Source: Eubacterium sp. CAG:180
Lineage (GTDB): Bacteria > Bacillota > Clostridia > Oscillospirales > Acutalibacteraceae
Assembly (NCBI GenBank): GCA_000432435.1
Contig: HF993133.1
Location: 55,428 to 119,427, forward strand
DNA: 64,000 nt
Direction of reading: 5' to 3'
Each line of letters opens with the position of its first letter. Position 1 is the first letter of the stretch. Shown piece after piece: positions 58,175-64,000 of the stretch. The notes under the pieces were generated by a model, which was not told the DNA's origin, did not search any database, and saw nothing but the letters and a program-made list of their open reading frames with translations. The translations under genes and the position numbers were made by a program.

Positions 58175-59176
58175 TTAAATATCTTCTGTTATCTTTATAT
58201 CGTAATCGTTTAAAAATTCGTTACCCTTTATTTTACACTGAAATCCGTTGTTTAGCAATGCTTTTTCATTTCTTTTGTTCTGTCCCTTTGCTTTCCCGAT
58301 CGATTTTTCGGGGACTTCTATAACATACGGCATATCCTTAGGCAGCTTTGACAGCTCGGAGAGCATTTTTTCAAGGTAAATCTTGCCCTCGCAAAGCTCG
58401 CGGAATGCCGGATGGTATGCGCCGGCAAGGTAACCCTCATCTACATTTCCGCCGCTGTGAAGACCGAGACGGATTACCTTTATGTTGTTTTCTCGGAACA
58501 TTAAAAGCAGCCTTGCGCAGAGACTCACAGCCTCATTCAGGGTTTCGGCTCTGTAGCTGCCGTCGCGAAGATAATCCGCCAAAGGTGTGTTTTCAAGAAC
58601 TATCGTCGGGTAGATTCTGACCGTGTCGGGCGAGAGGGCTATCAGCCTTTCGGCGGTTTTAATACATTTCTCGTCGGTGTCGCCCATAAGCCCTGTCATC
58701 ATCTGAAGTCCGAGCGAAAAGCCGTAGCTTTTTATAAGGCGCGAGGCGTTTTCGACGTCCTTTGCCGTGTGGCCGCGTCGGTTTATTTTAAGCACATCGT
58801 CGTCCATACTCTGCGCGCCGAGCTCGATTGACGTCACGTGATAATTCTTTAATATCTCAAGTCTTTCGTCGTCAATTGCGTCGGGACGCGTGGAAATTCT
58901 TATTCCGCCGAAATATCCTCCGTCGATATACGGCTTTGCCGCCTCTAAAAGAGACACCATATAATCTCTGTCAACCGCGGTAAACGAGCCGCCGAAAAAC
59001 GCTATTTCCGAGGTTTCCCTTGTTACACCGCCGTTTTTGGCAATATCACAAGCCGCTGTCACATCCTCCGGTGTCAGCGGCTTTATACTGCCCGATATTG
59101 TTTTTTGATTGCAGAAGCTGCACTGATGAGGGCAGCCCGCGTGAGGCACAAAAAGAGCCACGTTTATGTGTTTCAA
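58175..59176 (-). CDS. Radical SAM domain protein (Elp3/HemN-like fold) conserved between rnc and smc
   Basis: 333 aa. FVPHAGCPHQCSFCNQ (Cx3Cx2C) motif. Overlaps the rnc stop. Confidence 0.8.
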   Translation of the reverse strand: MKHINVALFVPHAGCPHQCSFCNQKTISGSIKPLTPEDVTAACDIAKNGGVTRETSEIAFFGGSFTAVDRDYMVSLLEAAKPYIDGGYFGGIRISTRPDAIDDERLEILKNYHVTSIELGAQSMDDDVLKINRRGHTAKDVENASRLIKSYGFSLGLQMMTGLMGDTDEKCIKTAERLIALSPDTVRIYPTIVLENTPLADYLRDGSYRAETLNEAVSLCARLLLMFRENNIKVIRLGLHSGGNVDEGYLAGAYHPAFRELCEGKIYLEKMLSELSKLPKDMPYVIEVPEKSIGKAKGQNKRNEKALLNNGFQCKIKGNEFLNDYDIKITEDI

Positions 59177-59853
59177 ATTCCCATCAGCTCCAACGCTTCT
59201 TTTGCCGCCGCCTGCTCGGCCTTTTTCTTGCTGCTGCCGACGCCCGCTCCTATAACATTGCTGTTTAAATGCACCTCAACCTTAAAGTGCTTATCGTGGT
59301 CGGGGCCGCTCTCGCTGACAAGAACATACTTTAAGCTCTCGCCTTGATTTTTTTGAACGACCTCCTGAAGTATGGTCTTGTAATCCTTAAAGGACGGCTT
59401 TGCCTCAACATACGGCTCGACGAAGCGCAAAACGAATTTTTTTGCCTCGCCTATGCCACCGTCGATATAAATTGCGGCAATTACAGCCTCAAATGCGTCC
59501 GACACAACCGACGGCCTTGTTCTGCCGCCCGTCATCTCCTCACCCTTACCGAGCAAGAGCCTGTCGCCGAGGTCTATTTCCTTGGCATACTCAAAAAGCG
59601 ATTTTTCGCACACGGCATAAGAACGCAGGCGCGTCAGCTCGCCCTCGGGAAAATTTCTGTGGTGCGAAAAAAGATATTCAGCCGTTATAAAGCCGAGAAC
59701 CGAGTCGCCCAGAAACTCAAGTCGCTCATTGTCGCCCGTAGTAAGATGCTTTTCGTTTGCATACGACGAATGTGTGACCGCTCTTTCCAAAAGCGATATA
59801 TTTTTAAATCTATATTGTATTTTTTCCTGTAATTCGTTAAGTCCGTTATCCAT
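59173..59853 (-). CDS. rnc: Ribonuclease III
   Basis: 226 aa. ERLEFLGDSVLG catalytic signature plus a C-terminal dsRBD. Confidence 0.93.
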   Translation of the reverse strand: MDNGLNELQEKIQYRFKNISLLERAVTHSSYANEKHLTTGDNERLEFLGDSVLGFITAEYLFSHHRNFPEGELTRLRSYAVCEKSLFEYAKEIDLGDRLLLGKGEEMTGGRTRPSVVSDAFEAVIAAIYIDGGIGEAKKFVLRFVEPYVEAKPSFKDYKTILQEVVQKNQGESLKYVLVSESGPDHDKHFKVEVHLNSNVIGAGVGSSKKKAEQAAAKEALELMGI

Positions 59854-59871
59854 TTTAAAGTCCTTTCACTC

Positions 59872-61182
59872 TCACAGCCCGAGACTTTTAAGATATTCCT
59901 CGAGATCTCTCATGCCTCTTTCGGCGATTGCCGTATAACGCTCGCTCTTGTCCCTTATCTTTTCGGGGAGCGGCGGAAGCATACCGAAATTGGCCCCCAT
60001 AGGCTGAAAATTCGTCACGGTTTCATCGCTTATATATCTCGCGAGAGCACCTGTGACGGTGGTATTCGGAAGCACAAGCGGCTCTTTTCCCAAAAGGTAC
60101 CTTGCGGCGTTCAGCCCCGCCATAATTCCGGAGGAGGCCGATTCCATATAGCCCTCTACTCCGGTTATCTGACCGGCAAAAAATATTCTTTTGTCCGAGC
60201 GCAGAGAATATGAGGCGTTTAAAAGCCGCGGTGAATTTATAAACGTGTTTCTGTGCATAACTCCGTAGCGGAGAAATTCCGCATCGTGAAGTGCCGGAAA
60301 CATGGAAAACACTCTTTTTTGCTCGCCGAATTTGAGATTTGTTTGAAATCCGACAAGATTATACATCGTACCGCCGCTGTTTTCACGGCGAAGCTGAAGA
60401 TTTGCCCACGGTCTGTGTCCCGTTCTCGGGTCGCGAAGCCCTACGGGCTTTAACGGTCCGAAGCGCATGGTGTCTTTTCCGCGCGACGCCAAAACCTCAA
60501 TAGGCATACAGCCCTCATACACATCGTGCCGCTTGTCAAAGGAGTGCGTTTCGGCACTCTCGGCATTTATAATTGCTTCGTAAAACGCTTCATACTGCTC
60601 TTTATTCATTGGGCAGTTAATGTAATCGTCGCTGCCGCCGCGGTCATATCTCGACTGTGTAAAGGCATATTCCATATCGACGCTGTCCGCCGAAACTATC
60701 GGTGCCGCCGCATCGTAGAATGATAATCCGTCGCCGCAGAGAGCGTGTATTGTACCTGTCAGCGCGTCGCTCGCGAGCGGCCCTGCCGCCACTATAACAA
60801 CATCGGCATCGGGTAAGACGGAAACCTCCTCGTTTATGACAGTTATGTTCTTATCGCTTTTTATATTTTCCGTTATAAGAGCCGAAAATCTGTCTCTGTC
60901 AACCGAAAGTGCGCCTCCTGCCGGAACTCTTGTCCTTTTGGCAGCCCCGACGCACACGGAAGAAAGCATCTCCATCTCCGCCTTTAAAAGCCCTGCCGCG
61001 GAATTGAGCCGCTCCGCCTTCAGTGAATTTGAGCATACAAGCTCCGCAAAATTTTCGTTTTTATGCGCCGGAGAAAATTTCTTCGGCTTCATTTCATAGA
61101 GATATGTGGGTATTCCCGCCCTCGACAGCTGCTTTGCCGCCTCACATCCGGCGAGACCCGCACCGATTACCGCTGCTTTCAT
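59872..61182 (-). CDS. trmFO: Methylenetetrahydrofolate--tRNA-(uracil54-C5)-methyltransferase TrmFO (Gid)
   Basis: 436 aa. FAD-binding GAGLAG N-terminus, SNSLK, conserved TrmFO core. Confidence 0.9.
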   Translation of the reverse strand: MKAAVIGAGLAGCEAAKQLSRAGIPTYLYEMKPKKFSPAHKNENFAELVCSNSLKAERLNSAAGLLKAEMEMLSSVCVGAAKRTRVPAGGALSVDRDRFSALITENIKSDKNITVINEEVSVLPDADVVIVAAGPLASDALTGTIHALCGDGLSFYDAAAPIVSADSVDMEYAFTQSRYDRGGSDDYINCPMNKEQYEAFYEAIINAESAETHSFDKRHDVYEGCMPIEVLASRGKDTMRFGPLKPVGLRDPRTGHRPWANLQLRRENSGGTMYNLVGFQTNLKFGEQKRVFSMFPALHDAEFLRYGVMHRNTFINSPRLLNASYSLRSDKRIFFAGQITGVEGYMESASSGIMAGLNAARYLLGKEPLVLPNTTVTGALARYISDETVTNFQPMGANFGMLPPLPEKIRDKSERYTAIAERGMRDLEEYLKSLGL

Positions 61183-63320
61183 CAGTCGTCCTCTTGAGTC
61201 TTTGTGCTTTTCTTTTTGCGCTCCGCTTTTTTCTCAAAGCCGCAGTTTTCGTCAAGGCAAGCTAAGATTCCGCCTTTTTTCTTGAAGAGCGACTTGCCGC
61301 ACTTGGGACATTTTTCGTCCGTCGGCTTATCCCACGTCATAAAGTTGCATTCGGGATAATTTTCGCAGCCGAAGAACGTATATCCTTTTTTGCTCTTTTT
61401 CTGAATCACCTTGCCTCCGCACACCGGGCAGGTGGCGGTTGTCTCTATTACGTACGGCTTTGTGTTTTTGCACTCCGGATAACCCGGGCACGCGAGGAAT
61501 TTACCGAATCTGCCGGTTTTTATAACCATCATTCTTCCGCACTTTTCGCACGGAATATTTGTCTCGTCCTCCTTAAGCTTTATCTTAACGCCCTCCATAT
61601 CGGCTTTTGCCTTTTCAAGCGTTTTGTCAAAGCCGTCATAAAACGTATGAAGCATTGCTATATAATCTATTTCGTGATGCTCCACCTTATCGAGATCGCT
61701 CTCCATGGAGGCCGTAAATTTTACGTTAACTATATTCGGGAAATGCTCCTTTAAGAGCTTGACGACCGCTTCTCCGAGCTCCGTGGGCTTAAGCTGCTTC
61801 TGCTCGCGGACAACATATTCGCGCGAGGTAATGGTTGACACTATTGATGCGTACGTACTCGGTCTGCCGACGCCCGTTTCCTCAAGCATCTTAATGAGCG
61901 AGCCCTCGGTATAGCGCGCAGGCGGCTGTGTGAAGTGCTGATTTCCGAGCATTTCCTTGAGCTTTAATGCATCGCCCGCCTTGATTTCGGGTAGCTTGCC
62001 CTCGTCCTCGTCCTCATCTGTTGCGGCTTCGTAAAGGCGTGTATAACCGTCAAAACGAACCGTATAACCGCTCGCATTAAACGTGCAATATCTGTCGGTG
62101 TTTTTGTCACTCTCGCCGACTGCCTTTATTTCTATCTTTACCGTATCCTGTATACAATTTGACATAAGACTTGCCATAAAGCGCTTCCAAATAAGGCTGT
62201 AAAGCTTGAACTGCTCCGGAGTAAGACTCTTTTTGGCAATTTCGGGTGTGATTGCCGGAACAGTGGGGCGAATTGCCTCGTGGCCGTCCTGTGCGCTCGC
62301 CTTAGTTTTAAAATAGCGCGGCTTTTCGGGCAAATACTGCTTGCCGTAATTCTCCTCGATAAAGGCGTTGCCCTCCTGCCTTGCCTCTTCCGATATACGG
62401 AGCGAGTCGGTTCTCATATATGTTATAAGACCTGTTGCGCCGAAGCCCTCTACCTCCATACCTTCATAAAGCTCCTGCGCTATTTTCATAGTGCGCTTAG
62501 CCTGGAATCCGAGCTTTCTGGAGGCGTCCTGCTGCATTGTGGAGGTTGTAAACGGCGGCGCCGGAGAACGTCTGCGCGTTCCTTTTTTGACCGACGACAC
62601 GGAGTATTCCGCATCCTGAAGTCTCGCTAAAATCGCGTCGGTCTCCTCTTTTGTCTTGAGCTTTATCTTGCCGGTTTCGTCGCCCGTAAACGCTGCCTTA
62701 AACGCTTTTTTTGAGGACGGCGCGGTGAATTTTGCGTCAAGTGACCAATATTCTTCGGGAACGAATTTGCGGATTTCCTCTTCGCGGTCAACGACGAGCC
62801 TTACGGCAACGGACTGAACTCTGCCTGCCGAAAGTCCTCTGTGTATCTTTTGCGATACGAACGGGCTGAGCTTATAGCCGACAAGTCTGTCGAGAATTCT
62901 TCTCGCCTGTTGAGCGTCAACAAGGTCCATATCGATTTTTTCGGGGCTTGCTATGCCCTTTCTGACCGCGTTTTCATTTATCTCGTTAAATTTAACTCTG
63001 TTCTTTTCATCAAGCGGCAGCCCGAGAACCGTGGCAAGATGCCAGGAAATAGCCTCTCCCTCTCGGTCGGGGTCGGTTGCGAGCAGAACCTCATCTGCAT
63101 TTGCTGCTTTTTCCTTTAATTCCTTGACAAGCTTCTCCTTGCCCTTAACTATTGCGTATTTCGGTGCAAAGTCGTTTTTGATGTCAACCGAGAGCTTTGC
63201 CGCCGGCAAATCCCTTATATGCCCTACGGACGCGGTTACATCGTAACTTTTTCCGAGATATTTTTTAATCATTGTCGCCTTGTGCGGCGACTCCACTATA
63301 ACAAGCTTTGACATAAACAA
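61182..63320 (-). CDS. topA: DNA topoisomerase I with C-terminal C4 zinc-ribbon repeats
   Basis: 712 aa. TOPRIM (VESP.KA), active-site Tyr region (YMRTDS), three CxxC...CxxC zinc ribbons. Confidence 0.95.
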   Translation of the reverse strand: MFMSKLVIVESPHKATMIKKYLGKSYDVTASVGHIRDLPAAKLSVDIKNDFAPKYAIVKGKEKLVKELKEKAANADEVLLATDPDREGEAISWHLATVLGLPLDEKNRVKFNEINENAVRKGIASPEKIDMDLVDAQQARRILDRLVGYKLSPFVSQKIHRGLSAGRVQSVAVRLVVDREEEIRKFVPEEYWSLDAKFTAPSSKKAFKAAFTGDETGKIKLKTKEETDAILARLQDAEYSVSSVKKGTRRRSPAPPFTTSTMQQDASRKLGFQAKRTMKIAQELYEGMEVEGFGATGLITYMRTDSLRISEEARQEGNAFIEENYGKQYLPEKPRYFKTKASAQDGHEAIRPTVPAITPEIAKKSLTPEQFKLYSLIWKRFMASLMSNCIQDTVKIEIKAVGESDKNTDRYCTFNASGYTVRFDGYTRLYEAATDEDEDEGKLPEIKAGDALKLKEMLGNQHFTQPPARYTEGSLIKMLEETGVGRPSTYASIVSTITSREYVVREQKQLKPTELGEAVVKLLKEHFPNIVNVKFTASMESDLDKVEHHEIDYIAMLHTFYDGFDKTLEKAKADMEGVKIKLKEDETNIPCEKCGRMMVIKTGRFGKFLACPGYPECKNTKPYVIETTATCPVCGGKVIQKKSKKGYTFFGCENYPECNFMTWDKPTDEKCPKCGKSLFKKKGGILACLDENCGFEKKAERKKKSTKTQEDD

Positions 63321-63355
63321 ACTCCTGTTTCTCGATAATAACGGCTTTTGCCGTA

Positions 63356-64000
63356 TCAGACCTTATAATAATGCTTTCCCTCAGAGAGGGCGACGAGCGA
63401 ATACAGCTCGAGTTCGGTAAGAGCGGCAAGTGTATCGGCGGAGGAGAGCTTCGCTTCCTCGCTCAAATCATCAATATGCCGCGGCTCGGTTGTTAAGACC
63501 GAATACAGCTTTTTCGCGTTTTCCGTAAGCGAGTCGGGCAACTCCCTCGGCGCGCTCTTCTGCGGAGTCTTATTCTCCGCCGCTTTTCTCTGTGCCGTCT
63601 TTGATTTTTGCCTTACGGCACGATGAGCGGCTTCCGGAACGGAGACTTCCTCAATCGGCATATTTTTAAGAGCCTCGCCGAGCGGCTTATCCGCTCCGCT
63701 TAAATCAATCTTATCCGGGTAAGTATAATAATATTCTTCCAAAACGTCAAGTGCCGTAAATACGGGCTTTGCTCCGTCGTGTATCAGGCGGTTGGTTCCG
63801 GTGAACGCAGAGGTTATGACTTCGCCCGGGACGGCAAACACGTCTCTGCCCTCCGAGAGAGCAAGCCTTGCCGTAATAAGCGAGCCGCTCCTCTCGCCGG
63901 CCTCAACCACTATTGTGCCGAGGCTCATCCCCGAAATTATCCTGTTTCTCATCGGGAATGTTGTTCTCGACGCAGGAGTAAACGGAAAATACTCCGTTAT
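63356..64000 (-). CDS. dprA: DNA processing protein DprA (C-terminal portion; the gene continues beyond the window edge)
   Basis: DprA Rossmann-like motifs (GMSLGTIVVEAGERSGSLITA, FAVPG). The N-terminus lies upstream of position 64000 on the minus strand. Confidence 0.8.
   Translation of the reverse strand: MTEYFPFTPASRTTFPMRNRIISGMSLGTIVVEAGERSGSLITARLALSEGRDVFAVPGEVITSAFTGTNRLIHDGAKPVFTALDVLEEYYYTYPDKIDLSGADKPLGEALKNMPIEEVSVPEAAHRAVRQKSKTAQRKAAENKTPQKSAPRELPDSLTENAKKLYSVLTTEPRHIDDLSEEAKLSSADTLAALTELELYSLVALSEGKHYYKV

Noticed and set aside
1-64000. CRISPR arrays, rRNA genes, additional tRNAs, IS elements
   Set aside because: No regularly spaced short direct repeats with unique spacers were seen. 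Nor were there rRNA-like conserved blocks or transposase (DDE) signatures. Only the single tRNA-Ala was recognised.

Overview
This 64-kb window looks like Firmicutes (Clostridia-like) chromosome, transcribed mostly on the minus strand. It splits into three zones.

- **Core housekeeping DNA (about 0.4-9 kb):** two small paralogous membrane proteins, TatD, MetG, FolD, Lgt and a pair of M16 peptidases.
- **Heterogeneous, mostly AT-rich accessory region (about 9-47 kb):**
  - a divergently placed radical SAM/SPASM-like gene;
  - a roughly 7.5-kb integrative island (10.7-18.6 kb). It is bounded on the left by repeat units that resemble a tRNA 3' half followed by a terminator. It carries a frameshifted PIN-like/zinc-ribbon gene, three translationally coupled large serine recombinase genes (the middle one has no catalytic domain), an orphan MazF/PemK toxin preceded by about 450 bp of ORF-poor GC-rich sequence, and a sigma-70 region-4 regulator;
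  - xylose genes (AraC regulator, xylB, xylA);
  - a putative secreted N-glycan/mannan degradation locus: a beta-helix protein, two anchored metallophosphoesterases, a GH18 with a discoidin domain, a GH38 alpha-mannosidase, a LacI regulator and a truncated GH3;
  - a rearrangement scar: the GH3 5' fragment abuts an EF-G 3' fragment and another TTG-start fragment;
  - a sugar transporter plus split-transketolase operon with a divergent LysR;
  - tRNA-Ala(CGC), a GH2, a GPH transporter and a lipoprotein esterase.
- **Conserved core block (about 48-64 kb):** leuS, the rsfS-yqeK-nadD-yhbY cluster, rdgB, ftsY with an unusual C-terminal acidic tail, smc, a radical SAM gene, rnc, trmFO, topA and a partial dprA.

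No CRISPR array or rRNA was seen. All calls rest on motif recognition in the supplied ORF translations and on reading the DNA by eye; no searches were run.
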